Sequence record: PX068456.1 | Length of the DNA stretch: 64,000 nucleotides | Reading direction: 5' to 3' (one strand) | DNA from: a phage | Part shown: positions 1-10,971 of the stretch, one piece after another | Position numbering within the stretch: position 1 is the first letter of the stretch | How the letters are laid out: every line of letters starts with the position of its first letter | Translations under genes and position numbers: made by a program | Notes under the pieces: model-generated | The model's database searches: none | Seen by the model: the letters and a program-made list of their open reading frames with translations, nothing else | What the model was told of the DNA's origin: nothing

Positions 1-189
1 CTTCATTAGTCTGGATGGTGTGATCATAAAAACAAAAGCCCAGCCCATCCATTCAGGAATTTCTTTATCAATTCCCAAATAAATAAACATACTGGACATA
101 ACAATCATACCAATAGCATTCCAAACTTTAGTAGAGCTGACTTTATTATCAGGATATGTACAAAACATTCCGATTAAAAACTTTCTCAT
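1..189 (-). CDS. hypothetical membrane protein, partial (runs off window start)
   Basis: Minus-strand ATG at 187-189 overlapping the stop of the upstream ORF (ATGA); frame open to position 1; hydrophobic stretch IGMIVMSSMFIYLGI. Confidence 0.35.
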   Translation of the reverse strand, partial: MRKFLIGMFCTYPDNKVSSTKVWNAIGMIVMSSMFIYLGIDKEIPEWMGWAFVFMITPSRLMK

Positions 190-494
190 AGTGCGTTCTC
201 ATTACTTTTTAAATCACGAGATACAGCTAATTCCCCAAGGTCTACAGAACCCGCTGAATGCACAAGTACAGCAGCACTAAGACTAATGGCAGTAGTACCT
301 GGGGCAATATCAGCAGGTAGGGAATACGCCCTTTGCGTCTCCTTATCATAGATAACCTTATACCCACCCAAATCCACACCAACTGAGAAGTAAATAACCT
401 CATTCTGCTTAACGCCAAAATGCCGAGCAATGGCTTGCTTATTGGTTAATATTCCAGTGGAACCTTTACCGCCTTGGGAGAATAATTCGTTCAT
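186..494 (-). CDS. hypothetical late protein
   Basis: 102-aa ORF co-oriented with and downstream of tail fibre genes. Confidence 0.45.
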   Translation of the reverse strand: MNELFSQGGKGSTGILTNKQAIARHFGVKQNEVIYFSVGVDLGGYKVIYDKETQRAYSLPADIAPGTTAISLSAAVLVHSAGSVDLGELAVSRDLKSNENAL

Positions 495-543
495 AAGTAC
501 CTCTTTGTTTTTCTAGGAAACCCCTCCGAAGAGGGGTTAGTGA

Positions 544-2616
544 TTAAATAACATCAATAAGAGACATCCTTATAGCTTTCTGTGTAAGACCTGTTGTCCA
601 TCCTACTTCTGTTGCGTCTGCCGAGCCTATTTCCCAAACACGCATCTCTGCTATTTCTATGGTATCAGTAGCATTAGTCACTGGGCCTACCGTTATCGTG
701 AACGATGTGGCCGTGTCGTCGATAATAAAGTTTATTATAGAAGTATTCCATCCTGACGCGGTAGACTGGTAAGTCACACTACCGTTTACTTTTACTGTTA
801 TCGGCCCCGCGAAAGTAACGGCGAGAGCAAATCTTGTTCTTGAGTTAGGTTTAGAAAGCGATATTGACGCTTTATCATAATTGCCGCCAGTTGAGCATTT
901 TAAAGACGATCCACTACGCACTGCCGCAGTAGACGTGCTCCATACTCCGTTTATATATGTCCAGCTATAAGGTGCATTTCCCGTGGTATTGAGGGTGTTA
1001 AATGTTCCAGCTAAACCAAGTTTATCTGTATTCTGAAATGCAGAATACATTTTGAAAAGGTCGTCATCATACGCCGTTGTTTTTGCGATAGTGCCTTGGA
1101 ACATGACAGACTCTGTTAGACGACCTGTGGTTGTTGTTCCGAGTTGTGCATCAAGCACCGAGTCACTGCATATAATGCCGGAAATATTCGCTCGCAGTAC
1201 CCTTGCTCTATTTAAGGTGCTGAGCACTGGTGTGTAACCACCTGACCCGGCTTCGTGAGCCTCAAATCCTTTAATATTTAACTTATAAATACTTCCTGTG
1301 AAATTATCTGCGCGGAAGTAAGCGCCACGAATAAGTTCCCCATAAGCATTAGATATGTTCAGTGAGTAAACTTCCGTAGACCCTTCCAAGTGGAACATGC
1401 TGTCCTGCATATTTTCAGCGACAGGGTTCTCGATGATAATATCTCTCCCTGGTCCTACATACATAAAACCTTTATACTGAAACCCGTGTATATTGCGTAA
1501 ACGCATTACAAAAGTCCCCCAGTACGAACTACCTCGCTGGATAGCGTACCCATAACCAGTGTTGGCATTCTTACCAGTTAATCCATAAGCCTCAAAGTCG
1601 TCAACATCTATGAGTACGTTACCGCCTTGCGGTCTAAAACCACCCTGTTTAAATCCAAAGCTACGACACCCTTTCATCCTGAAGTGGGTGGTATTGACAA
1701 CGTTTACCGCAACATCTGATGTATCAGCAGCGGCTGCTGATGCTTCGGTGCTATATGTGCGTCCGAACTGTATATTTTCCAGGGTAATTGAACGGGTAAA
1801 CCCTGTGCTATCAGGGTTGCCGTCGTCCACTCCGATATTGAATACTCTGTCGTCGTCAGTCCAGATAGTCCCTCCAGCATTCTCATCATATACTGCTGGT
1901 CTGTCGCAATATATGCGAATCTTATCGCATGTATTTTTACTCAATTCAGTAGTGGACAGTTTAAAAGTCATCCATGAAGGTAAAAGAATATTTCCAATAT
2001 TATTGGCTTTAGCATATGCCAAAGCCGCGTTAAATTCAGTATCTGCGAGATAATCTTTATTAGCATTTGCCGGTATGAAATCTGCAAGGGATAGCACATC
2101 TCTTAATGAAAATTTACTATTCCTTAATGGTAAAACTGATGAAGTCAGATCTGCTCTTAATGATGCATCACCAACACTAACCCAAGCACCTAGAGCAATC
2201 CCACCAGTAGCGTCTGGTGTTGAGTCAGAAGCAACCGTTTTCGGCAGATCACCACCCCACGTATAGCACTGCCCACCAGCGATATGCCAAACAGCATCAG
2301 TATTATTATTTAATGTAGCACCCTCCTCAAAGCTACCATCAACAAGTGTTAACCCCGCTTCAGCAAGACTACGACACCACTGTTCACGATCATTAAGAAG
2401 ATTGTTATTCAACTCTTCCTGAACAGTATTACCATTTGAGGATTGTATTAAATCTGCTCCATCTGTATCTTTCAACTGGGTGGCTAAAACCACCCCAGTG
2501 TCAGTAAGAAAGTTAGAAACTGTGCTTTTAACAGTTTTATCAGGTTGATCTAAAACCAGGTAATCTGAACCATTAACTTTTGATGTTTCCGGTAAATTAG
2601 TAATTGTAGTTGACAT
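544..2616 (-). CDS. tail fibre / receptor-binding protein (candidate)
   Basis: 690-aa ORF at distal end of tail module; Gly/Ser/Thr/Asn-rich composition typical of fibres; no catalytic motif recognised. Confidence 0.5.
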   Translation of the reverse strand: MSTTITNLPETSKVNGSDYLVLDQPDKTVKSTVSNFLTDTGVVLATQLKDTDGADLIQSSNGNTVQEELNNNLLNDREQWCRSLAEAGLTLVDGSFEEGATLNNNTDAVWHIAGGQCYTWGGDLPKTVASDSTPDATGGIALGAWVSVGDASLRADLTSSVLPLRNSKFSLRDVLSLADFIPANANKDYLADTEFNAALAYAKANNIGNILLPSWMTFKLSTTELSKNTCDKIRIYCDRPAVYDENAGGTIWTDDDRVFNIGVDDGNPDSTGFTRSITLENIQFGRTYSTEASAAAADTSDVAVNVVNTTHFRMKGCRSFGFKQGGFRPQGGNVLIDVDDFEAYGLTGKNANTGYGYAIQRGSSYWGTFVMRLRNIHGFQYKGFMYVGPGRDIIIENPVAENMQDSMFHLEGSTEVYSLNISNAYGELIRGAYFRADNFTGSIYKLNIKGFEAHEAGSGGYTPVLSTLNRARVLRANISGIICSDSVLDAQLGTTTTGRLTESVMFQGTIAKTTAYDDDLFKMYSAFQNTDKLGLAGTFNTLNTTGNAPYSWTYINGVWSTSTAAVRSGSSLKCSTGGNYDKASISLSKPNSRTRFALAVTFAGPITVKVNGSVTYQSTASGWNTSIINFIIDDTATSFTITVGPVTNATDTIEIAEMRVWEIGSADATEVGWTTGLTQKAIRMSLIDVI

Positions 2617-2624
2617 TTTTACTC

Positions 2625-4784
2625 CTATATATAAAATTTTTGTGTTGTTACTAAATCTTCTCCAGATTTAGTGGCTAATGTAATTCCACTTAGGGTGGCA
2701 ATCTCAACATTTACCTGTTTAAGAGTGATATCTTGCAAGTAGCAATTCAAAGGCACATTACCCATATAAAACACTTGGGATTTTGAATTAAGAACAGTTA
2801 TTGAATCATGCATTATTTGTGGGTAAGCCCATATGTATTGATATAAACCAACAAACTTCTGGTCATTCAATACAATATTGCCTATAATCATTTTCCACAA
2901 ATATGTTCTATAGTTTGATTCAGGATCAAAGCCATATAATGGTGCTAGAGTTGCATCTGGAACAAACCCTGCAAGATAATGTATCTTATCGTAACTAAAA
3001 CCTAATTGCTCATTAGGTATTGTGATAGCGTCGAAAGATCTTTCCATCTTACCTTCCAACAACCAATCATAACATTCTGAACAATAAAAGTCAAAGTTTT
3101 CTGGGATATAATAATCTTTAGGGAAGTTAACAAACTCCATCATACCATTACCCAAAATGGATGGCACAAATGGTAACAATGTAACTTTAGCTCCAGGATA
3201 TGCTAATCTGGTATCTGTTGCAAATTTAGCAACACGCAGTCCTAATGTTTTAGAAAGGAATGCATAATATTCATCATATGGCGTACCAGTTTTATAATTT
3301 TTAACTGTACCAACATCTTGTGCATACAATCCAGTTTCATTATTAAATGCAACTTTGGTTGTATAATCATAAATACACGGTAGATTGGTAGCTGTGTTAT
3401 ACCACCACCACGGTTCACCAACCTGAATAATAACCGGAAGATCATTAGCAGCGGATATAGAAGCTATCTTATTTATTACACCTTGTAAATAATTCATCCC
3501 TTCATCAATTGAAGGAGATAAAACATAACTTGGTGGCTCATAACCTGTAGCAGCAAGATCATCATTCCAAGTATGTTGTACCCATTCTACAGGACACACT
3601 GTACTCATAAGTTCAAAACTTAAGGAGTTCATTACTGTGTAGCCCATAGCTTTTGCATTAGCGTGGAAATTATCAAACCAGGCTTCTGTTGCTGGGTTTA
3701 AATATTCTGTTCTATTCAAAGCCCATTTATTAGATCCAGCATCCCAACTAAATTGATAATAGTGTGACATACCATTATAATGGTTAATCATATCTCTATA
3801 ACCTAATCTATAGGTGTTAGAAATAACTCGCTCTGGGGTTAGGTTATACATATCATCATAAGATGTACACATTCTTATGGTGTGTGCTGGAACATTTAAA
3901 TTACCCATATTCATCATACTATAACCCGTATCAGGTTCCAGTATGGTAAACTTAAAGGAAAGATCCTCATTGTCTACAGGAATAATATCTTCAATTTCTT
4001 GATACCTTGTGGAGATCAAGGAGAAGAACATATTATCTATCTGTGTAGTGTCAACAACAATATCATTTTCTGGCCCAGATTTTAAATTTGAGAAATCTAA
4101 TTTTATTGTTGCTGTTTTACCATCCTCTGAAACTTCTTCTGCATAAAAGTTTAGAGATACATAATGGACTGTTTCATCCTTCAGTGTCACTGTTAAGGAT
4201 GGCAGTAATTTTTCTTCTTTTAACCCAGGAACACCTTGACTAAGTTCCATTTTAAACCAAAGTTTTTCTTTACTTAAGTCAGAATGTTCTTGGTAGCCTA
4301 ATCCTTTGTGATCATATTTATCGTAAGTTGACCAAATAATCCCAGCAAGACCAGCCACTGTCCTATTAACCATTCTTGCTGTGAAAGAATCACCATTAGA
4401 GATAATAGAACAACTCTCTGTTGCTTGAGAATCTATTGTCCAAAACTTAGGATCAAACATTCTAGACTTCACAACAGGCCAAGTTAGCGGGGTTGTATTC
4501 GATTGATTAGTCGTAATAACACAACGAATTTCTTCATTGATCATCATGTTATTTTGACTTATGCTAGTAATCTCAAGAGTAAAATAAAGATCTAAAGAGT
4601 TTGCCGGACGTTCATATACATCAACCACTACAGTAGCAGAATCTGCATCAGAAGGGAACGTTACTGTTCCCTGTTTAGCTACATAATCTCTACCAGCGAC
4701 CGCCGTTCCATCGACGGTCTTATAGCTGAATGAACTGGCATTTACTCTCGTATTTCGAGTTACAGTAAAAATAGCCTGTTTCAT
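2625..4784 (-). CDS. tail-associated protein with N-terminal Calx-beta/Ig-like domain
   Basis: 719 aa; N-terminus TVDGTAVAGRDYVAKQGTVTFPSDADSATVVVDV fits Calx-beta-like pattern; Trp/Tyr-rich remainder. Confidence 0.45.
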   Translation of the reverse strand: MKQAIFTVTRNTRVNASSFSYKTVDGTAVAGRDYVAKQGTVTFPSDADSATVVVDVYERPANSLDLYFTLEITSISQNNMMINEEIRCVITTNQSNTTPLTWPVVKSRMFDPKFWTIDSQATESCSIISNGDSFTARMVNRTVAGLAGIIWSTYDKYDHKGLGYQEHSDLSKEKLWFKMELSQGVPGLKEEKLLPSLTVTLKDETVHYVSLNFYAEEVSEDGKTATIKLDFSNLKSGPENDIVVDTTQIDNMFFSLISTRYQEIEDIIPVDNEDLSFKFTILEPDTGYSMMNMGNLNVPAHTIRMCTSYDDMYNLTPERVISNTYRLGYRDMINHYNGMSHYYQFSWDAGSNKWALNRTEYLNPATEAWFDNFHANAKAMGYTVMNSLSFELMSTVCPVEWVQHTWNDDLAATGYEPPSYVLSPSIDEGMNYLQGVINKIASISAANDLPVIIQVGEPWWWYNTATNLPCIYDYTTKVAFNNETGLYAQDVGTVKNYKTGTPYDEYYAFLSKTLGLRVAKFATDTRLAYPGAKVTLLPFVPSILGNGMMEFVNFPKDYYIPENFDFYCSECYDWLLEGKMERSFDAITIPNEQLGFSYDKIHYLAGFVPDATLAPLYGFDPESNYRTYLWKMIIGNIVLNDQKFVGLYQYIWAYPQIMHDSITVLNSKSQVFYMGNVPLNCYLQDITLKQVNVEIATLSGITLATKSGEDLVTTQKFYI

Positions 4785-4792
4785 TATTTTCC

Positions 4793-7669
4793 TTATTTGG
4801 TTACATCAACACTAATATCATTCATAGTTAGAACAGTTAGTGTTGGTATGTTACTATTATCCAAAATTGGTAAAGCGTTTTGAGGGTTTAGTTTACGATA
4901 CAAGGCATATAAACCAAAACCACGTAATAGTTCTCCAGCATGGAAACCAAAGAACATTCCGTTATCTGAATCTGGGCGTGGTGCAACACTCCAGGAACCA
5001 TTCATCGGATGGTTAGGGGAAAGCACAATATAGTTTTGCTGAATCAGATCAAAACATCTGTCTGCTACAATACCAATGTTTGGAATTTGTGAATCATAAC
5101 CTGCCAAGCCCATGATTGAACAACCTGCCATAAACAGTGCAGACATATGACTAGTAAAGTCATCTATAGGTGCAAGAACTGTACCATCTGGATTAAAGAT
5201 AGTTGGTGTTCTTCCATCATTATTGTCTTGGAACCATTTAAGATAGTTGATCCAATTTTTACAAACTGTTACTAGTTTTTCAGGAGGTGTTTCTCCTCTT
5301 TGTACAAGTTCGTATACAGCATGACAAGCACAGTAGAATGCACGAGCTTCATAACCATCCCACGCTTTTTCATTCCAGTGTTTCATTGTGAACGTATTTG
5401 GTTCACCGTATTTTCTTGCATCCCAACGATCCCACACATACGCTTGTGCCATAGGCCCAGGCATCACAGGATCGAATGTGTTATAAAACCACATTTGAGA
5501 ATCATACAAGAAATTGATACTGTTATTTAAACGCGTCCAATCAATATCTCTACCTGCAAAACAGTATAAGGAAGGGTATTGGTATCCTGGGTATGGAATA
5601 CCACGCCAACCATCATACAATGCAGTGTTTGGGTCACTGATATTAGAGAATGGAATTATTCCTGGTGTGTAATTAAGACTATTTAACTTATAGTCAATAA
5701 TAGTACAATCACCTAACTTAGCAGTATGAGGACTTGAAGCCTGTACAGTGATACGGAAGTACATGGTATAATCATCACCAGAAGATGACGAATATCTTTC
5801 AGGTACATCGTTAATACAATAGAAATCTATTGTTCCTGTTAAACCATTGACAGGAGCCGTATCGAGAACTAAATTTACCTGATCTACAGCAGTAAGGTTT
5901 ATTGCTGAAGGTTTAGGATCTGTTTCTGGATGATTAGGCTGGTAAGCACTTAACTTAAAATCAGAAGCTGATAAAGTCTTCGTACTCCATACCCCTTGCG
6001 TTTTAGGAAGCATAGCCCACCATCTCCAACCTTGAGCATCCGTGATAGTCATGTTAAAGTCATCTTCATATGTTCTATATGTAATAGACTTAACATTAGC
6101 TTTTGATGTAGGAGTTAACCAAAAACCAACAGTAACACCACCATCCGTATCCATTGATGCGGTAACAATCTGGTCATTATTAGTTCCAACAATGCCTGTT
6201 ACATACTTAAATTGTACCACAGTATTGCTACCCCAGTCAACAATAATTCGCGGATCTGCGATAATATATGTTCCACCATTCGGAGGGGTGCTTCTCATAA
6301 AGCTGGATAATGGAATATCCATGCTTGTCATATTAGCTGTACCCAGTGGTAAGCCACAGCGGTAAGTTACTGTGTTATTTTCATCTTTGGTTTTACTTAG
6401 TTCCAACTCTGGACGGAAAAGAATACCATGTCCTGCGTCATCTACACCTTGAAACTGAACTCGTAACTTAGAGTTCTGATCAACTTTAAACCAAATGGCT
6501 TGCTGTTCTAATGTTGTTTGAGCAGCAACATCTTGCCTAATAACAATATAACCTAAAGTATCTCTTGAATATTTAGGTATTGCTGTAGATGGATACGAAT
6601 AATCGTAAGAGATGCCATCTGTAAACGGAATAGTTGCATATGTAGACTTACGGAAGAATTTATCAAACATATCAATGTTTGAGTAATCTTGACACACTAG
6701 CAGTGAAGACTGCCAGCATAGCCAATATTTTCTTTCTCCTGTAATTTGGTACATCAAGTAATTAGCATCACACCACCAAGTTTCGGCATCTGACGCATTA
6801 TCCTGAAAGCCCATTTCTACCGGAACGTTAACTGGTCTGTTATGCCACATAGTGTTACGCTCCATTAAATAACCACCGTGTTCAACAGGGTTACAAGTCG
6901 CGTAGTTAAATTTATATGTACCGTTTACAGAAGTATTTTTTAGTTGAACTGTTCCGTATTGAGATGTTGGAAAACCTTCTTCTAAGATATTTCCATCCCA
7001 ATCAACTTTACGTCCTAGACGATCAATGATCCAATCAACATCCCATTGATCTCCATTCTTAGACCAATCTGTTGTTCCATCTGCATTAACAGCATATACT
7101 GTAGCGTTTACAGAGTTCCATCCTAGATTACCATTAAAAGCAAACCATGCTTTATCAAGGTATTCTCCCCAATGTGGAGCACCATGAGGAATAACTGTTC
7201 TACCGTTAGTCCACGTCATTAAGCTACCCTTAAAACCTCCGTGTGTAGGGTAGCCATCATCTGTAAGAGGATAGTGTGCAAGACGTGGTTCTTTACCGTT
7301 AATAATCCAGTTAGGGCGATATTTTGCTGGCGGATCTGGTATAGGTTGACCACCAAAGAAGTAATCTATATAGGCTTGCCAATATTTTTTAGCAGAGTCT
7401 AAATACTTTGTATCGCCGGAAGCCAGGTATGCATAAGCGCAACCAAGAATAAGCACGGATTGACCTTCTGTTGTAGCATCCCCGTTTGGTTGCCCTTCTT
7501 GAGCAGTCCAGTTTATAAAGTGTCTGTTATTAGCTAGAACGTTTTGTGGGTTTAATACATAGTGTTGCACTGTAGGATCTACAGTTAAACCTGTATTACG
7601 ATCTAAGAACTGAATATGTCCATCGATCAGTTGAAAAACATTGTCAATTCTGTGCTTAATTCTTGACAT
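4793..7669 (-). CDS. large tail/baseplate structural protein (possible glycan-binding or depolymerase domain)
   Basis: 958 aa, Trp/Tyr/Asn-rich, between baseplate genes and fibres; function unverified. Confidence 0.45.
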   Translation of the reverse strand: MSRIKHRIDNVFQLIDGHIQFLDRNTGLTVDPTVQHYVLNPQNVLANNRHFINWTAQEGQPNGDATTEGQSVLILGCAYAYLASGDTKYLDSAKKYWQAYIDYFFGGQPIPDPPAKYRPNWIINGKEPRLAHYPLTDDGYPTHGGFKGSLMTWTNGRTVIPHGAPHWGEYLDKAWFAFNGNLGWNSVNATVYAVNADGTTDWSKNGDQWDVDWIIDRLGRKVDWDGNILEEGFPTSQYGTVQLKNTSVNGTYKFNYATCNPVEHGGYLMERNTMWHNRPVNVPVEMGFQDNASDAETWWCDANYLMYQITGERKYWLCWQSSLLVCQDYSNIDMFDKFFRKSTYATIPFTDGISYDYSYPSTAIPKYSRDTLGYIVIRQDVAAQTTLEQQAIWFKVDQNSKLRVQFQGVDDAGHGILFRPELELSKTKDENNTVTYRCGLPLGTANMTSMDIPLSSFMRSTPPNGGTYIIADPRIIVDWGSNTVVQFKYVTGIVGTNNDQIVTASMDTDGGVTVGFWLTPTSKANVKSITYRTYEDDFNMTITDAQGWRWWAMLPKTQGVWSTKTLSASDFKLSAYQPNHPETDPKPSAINLTAVDQVNLVLDTAPVNGLTGTIDFYCINDVPERYSSSSGDDYTMYFRITVQASSPHTAKLGDCTIIDYKLNSLNYTPGIIPFSNISDPNTALYDGWRGIPYPGYQYPSLYCFAGRDIDWTRLNNSINFLYDSQMWFYNTFDPVMPGPMAQAYVWDRWDARKYGEPNTFTMKHWNEKAWDGYEARAFYCACHAVYELVQRGETPPEKLVTVCKNWINYLKWFQDNNDGRTPTIFNPDGTVLAPIDDFTSHMSALFMAGCSIMGLAGYDSQIPNIGIVADRCFDLIQQNYIVLSPNHPMNGSWSVAPRPDSDNGMFFGFHAGELLRGFGLYALYRKLNPQNALPILDNSNIPTLTVLTMNDISVDVTK

Positions 7670-8142
7670 TAAATCACTCCTGCCATCACTAAACTACCTA
7701 TCCAGGTAGCTCCATTATCATAACTAACAAATTCAAAAATATCTGTAGCTCCCTGTTTATAACTCAAAACAGGAGCGCGACCAAAACTCCATTTAACAGA
7801 TTGAGGCCACGTTACTTTATTTGCTCCACTGCCTTGACGTAGGGATAGCGTAAAGTTTTGAACAATGTTAGTTGTAACTGGAACATTACTAAATGAAATA
7901 CTGCAAGTTGGACTAGATAAAGTGGCAGAGAAATACTCTGCCGTGCTAATATCTAAAGCTAGGGTATTTGTGACAGTACCCCTTGCAGAAAGACGATTTC
8001 GTGTAACACCAGCACCCGCAAGAAGAACACGTAATGATGTTTTCTTAGTGATGCCTGATTGATCTGTTACAAAATAATCTGTGTCTGAAACAGATGTTGT
8101 TACAGGTAGATCAGACACCTTGATTGTAGTTAAATCAGCCAT
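7669..8142 (-). CDS. baseplate or fibre-associated protein
   Basis: 157-aa ORF, start/stop overlap with neighbours in tail module. Confidence 0.4.
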   Translation of the reverse strand: MADLTTIKVSDLPVTTSVSDTDYFVTDQSGITKKTSLRVLLAGAGVTRNRLSARGTVTNTLALDISTAEYFSATLSSPTCSISFSNVPVTTNIVQNFTLSLRQGSGANKVTWPQSVKWSFGRAPVLSYKQGATDIFEFVSYDNGATWIGSLVMAGVI

Positions 8143-8770
8143 TATTATTTGTAGCTCCCATTGTTGCTGTTATAGCATAGTTGTAATTGGTTGCAAGACC
8201 TTTATTGGCTTCGTTAACAAGGTATTTTTCAAGCAATGCCTCGTTAGACCACTCATTCCACCAAGTAGAATAAGTATCTTTCGGAAGACCAACAATGTTA
8301 ATAAAGCGATAGAGTCTATTTGCAGATTCAACAATTTCAAATGCTTCACAAGTGATTGCTGCATTATCATCACCAGCTTCTGGATAGATATATTCTTCAG
8401 ACGGCTGCGTACTGAACAGCGCACTAACAACTTGTTCACCAACTGTAACAGTAACGTTCATTGAGTAATACCTATCATCTCTATCATAAGAGGACGTGTA
8501 TGAATTAATATTATCTATATAAACATTACTTGCGATAGTTGATAAGAAAATGCGATCAACAATCTCTTTCTTCTTGGCAACACCAATAATCTCTTGTAGA
8601 TATGGAACCCCAAAATTAGAATTGAGGAACCATTCTCCACGGAAAGTTCTAAGTGTTATTCCAAGCGTCTGTGCTGCAATTTCACTTTTAGTTGTGGTTA
8701 GTGTTAAATCACCATCCACCATTATTAAATCGTTAGAACCATCAAGTTTTAAATCAAATGGTATTCCCAT
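8135..8770 (-). CDS. baseplate component
   Basis: 211-aa ORF immediately downstream of spike-like gene. Confidence 0.4.
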   Translation of the reverse strand: MGIPFDLKLDGSNDLIMVDGDLTLTTTKSEIAAQTLGITLRTFRGEWFLNSNFGVPYLQEIIGVAKKKEIVDRIFLSTIASNVYIDNINSYTSSYDRDDRYYSMNVTVTVGEQVVSALFSTQPSEEYIYPEAGDDNAAITCEAFEIVESANRLYRFINIVGLPKDTYSTWWNEWSNEALLEKYLVNEANKGLATNYNYAITATMGATNNNG

Positions 8771-8773
8771 CTG

Positions 8774-9511
8774 TTAACCTCCATTTGGTTTGTCGGAAGT
8801 AACAGTGCTACCACCAGTTTCAACACCGCGTACAGGGTGTGTATGTGTGTGTAAACCAATGCCACCACTATCTTTCATACGACCGTCAGGTGTGATTGTT
8901 AAACCGTTTAAATTTACAGTACCACCTTTATATGTCATAGTCCCGCCTTGCAGTGTAAGTTTTCCTCCTCCTGCATCAGTAAGAACGATACTGTTTGGTG
9001 TCATATCTATTTTCATACCTTGTGTGTTGTACACAGATATATTACCGTTAGGATCAAACGAAGCGTAAGTTTGCTTATTATTTGAGATAACAACTTTTTC
9101 AGAATCTACTTCTTCAGAAGAATCTGTAGCTGTTGCTATCTTAGGAATAAAACAGGCTGGATACAAACCACAAGGTTGAATTAATGTTCCGCTACTGGCT
9201 GTATCTCCGTCTGTCTGGAAAGCATTCGACGGATCTCTTTCTGAAAAGACAACAACACCAATATCTCCTGCTTTAATTGGAAATGAAATTCTACCTGTAC
9301 CACCACCATTTACCATAAAAGGAACATCGTGGAATGTTGGGTAATCTATTTCATCTTCAGTCGATCTGGTATTTTTTACGATAGATTCTAAAGTTACTGT
9401 CTTAGATCCATAATCTACACCAATTACCCTTACAGGTAAAGATGTATGTACTTCCGCAACTTGCTCGTTGATTAATCCACGGATTGCTGTTACAAAATTT
9501 AAAGCATCCAT
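8774..9511 (-). CDS. baseplate central spike/hub protein (gpV-like candidate)
   Basis: 245 aa; C-terminal Gly-rich beta-helix-like repeats (GGTMTYKGGTVNLNGLTITPDG); position after hub genes. Confidence 0.45.
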   Translation of the reverse strand: MDALNFVTAIRGLINEQVAEVHTSLPVRVIGVDYGSKTVTLESIVKNTRSTEDEIDYPTFHDVPFMVNGGGTGRISFPIKAGDIGVVVFSERDPSNAFQTDGDTASSGTLIQPCGLYPACFIPKIATATDSSEEVDSEKVVISNNKQTYASFDPNGNISVYNTQGMKIDMTPNSIVLTDAGGGKLTLQGGTMTYKGGTVNLNGLTITPDGRMKDSGGIGLHTHTHPVRGVETGGSTVTSDKPNGG

Positions 9512-9513
9512 TT

Positions 9514-10524
9514 CTAGCCCTTCTTAATAATTGCAGATACAGATACAGACTCTACTTCAGTTGTCCAGTCTTTACCTTCCCTATCTCCTGTATGAACAAC
9601 AGATACTACCTTAAAACCACCATCGTAGTTATGGCTCTTGAGCCAAACAGTTTTTTCTGGTAAGATAGCACCGTTCATCTCACATCTGAACTTAACACCA
9701 TCTGTAGGCTTTTTAGCTTTCTTAGAAGATTTAGTTACTTTTTGTGTCGGTTTAATATCGTTGTGGAAAGGTTCTGGACTACCAATTAAACCTGTTTCTG
9801 CACTAATATATGCGCATCTTGCACTAGACATTTGTGATCTTGGTGTTACGTAAACAGATCCGTCTTGTATTGATACATTATGATCAATACCTTTACAGAT
9901 ACTTTCTAAGTAATGTGATGTGTTCCCACACATAGCTGTTGCAGATGATAAAGTTTTCTCTGTGTCTACGTGAATATTACCTTCTGTAGTACCCAAGTCT
10001 TTAACTAAATCTTTAACAACCTTACTTACTTTTGTACCTTTCGGATAACTTCTGCTTGTCCTTGCTTCGGAGATGTTAATACCACCATCCAGACAATGTA
10101 ACACTGTACGTCTGTCTGTATTGTTAAAGGTATCACTCACCCACTGCACCGTTCCCTTAAAGATCATAATTAACTCTTGACCTTCATAACCTACCGCTAA
10201 AGCAACAGCCAAGTTGTTACGAATACCTTTGTTAATATAATTAACAGTATCATCACTTAGGTTATAAATAGTTATCTCGGCTTGATTAGGATCTTTATTA
10301 TTATCTTTTCTTATTGTGAAAGATATTTGGTGCTCCGTAATAACATACAAATTAGGGGTTGATTTTTTAGCATCCCCTAGTTTAGTATCTAAGTCTACTG
10401 TAGATTTGAAAGAGGAATTTTTTGTCCTTTTTTCTTTAGTATTAGTAGCTGTACCTATTAACAGTTTGTATGCTCTGTTTAGATTGGGTGCAGGAGCTTT
10501 TGTGTAATTTCTTTCTTCTGCCAT
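9514..10524 (-). CDS. baseplate hub / tail protein
   Basis: 336-aa ORF in tail module downstream of tape measure. Confidence 0.4.
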   Translation of the reverse strand: MAEERNYTKAPAPNLNRAYKLLIGTATNTKEKRTKNSSFKSTVDLDTKLGDAKKSTPNLYVITEHQISFTIRKDNNKDPNQAEITIYNLSDDTVNYINKGIRNNLAVALAVGYEGQELIMIFKGTVQWVSDTFNNTDRRTVLHCLDGGINISEARTSRSYPKGTKVSKVVKDLVKDLGTTEGNIHVDTEKTLSSATAMCGNTSHYLESICKGIDHNVSIQDGSVYVTPRSQMSSARCAYISAETGLIGSPEPFHNDIKPTQKVTKSSKKAKKPTDGVKFRCEMNGAILPEKTVWLKSHNYDGGFKVVSVVHTGDREGKDWTTEVESVSVSAIIKKG

Positions 10525-10540
10525 TTAAAAACTCCTTTTA

Positions 10541-10960
10541 TCATGCTTGATATGGAAGAGCGTCGATATAAACCAAAGCAAATCTTTTATCTACACCTGT
10601 GTCATAGTAATTAGGTCTACCGTTTATTTTAACAGTATCTACCAAATAGAGTTGACCATCCGGCACAGATTCTATATACTTATATGGTTCTAGAAGATCT
10701 AAACCATTGGTTACTTTAAAAGTTACACTAGGGTTGTCTCCTGATAATCCTAATTGCATTTGCCACGCTTGATCTCTTGTATTCCATCTCAAACGTATAT
10801 CATAATCTACTCCATCGAGAGTTACCGTATATGTTTGGTCTGGGTACTGTTCTGTAGGTAAGTACCAAGAATAATAACCTAAATTTCGATCAATAAATAC
10901 TGCATTGTAGCCACTATTAGATGTGCTTCTACTGATCTTTGAATAAGATGAAATAGCCAA
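10541..10960 (-). CDS. tail protein
   Basis: 139-aa ORF, tail module. Confidence 0.4.
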   Translation of the reverse strand: MAISSYSKISRSTSNSGYNAVFIDRNLGYYSWYLPTEQYPDQTYTVTLDGVDYDIRLRWNTRDQAWQMQLGLSGDNPSVTFKVTNGLDLLEPYKYIESVPDGQLYLVDTVKINGRPNYYDTGVDKRFALVYIDALPYQA

Positions 10961-10971
10961 AAATTTTCTCC

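Noticed and set aside
1052-2266. Plus-strand ORFs (1052..1237, 1610..2053, 2075..2266) and minus ORF 1704..1889 inside the tail fibre gene
   Set aside because: Fully embedded antisense or alternate frame of a long coherent 690-aa ORF; no RBS; treated as spurious.
5300-6365. Plus-strand ORFs 5300..5530 and 6042..6365 inside the 958-aa tail protein gene
   Set aside because: Antisense to a long minus-strand gene in a block where every gene is minus; no translation signals.
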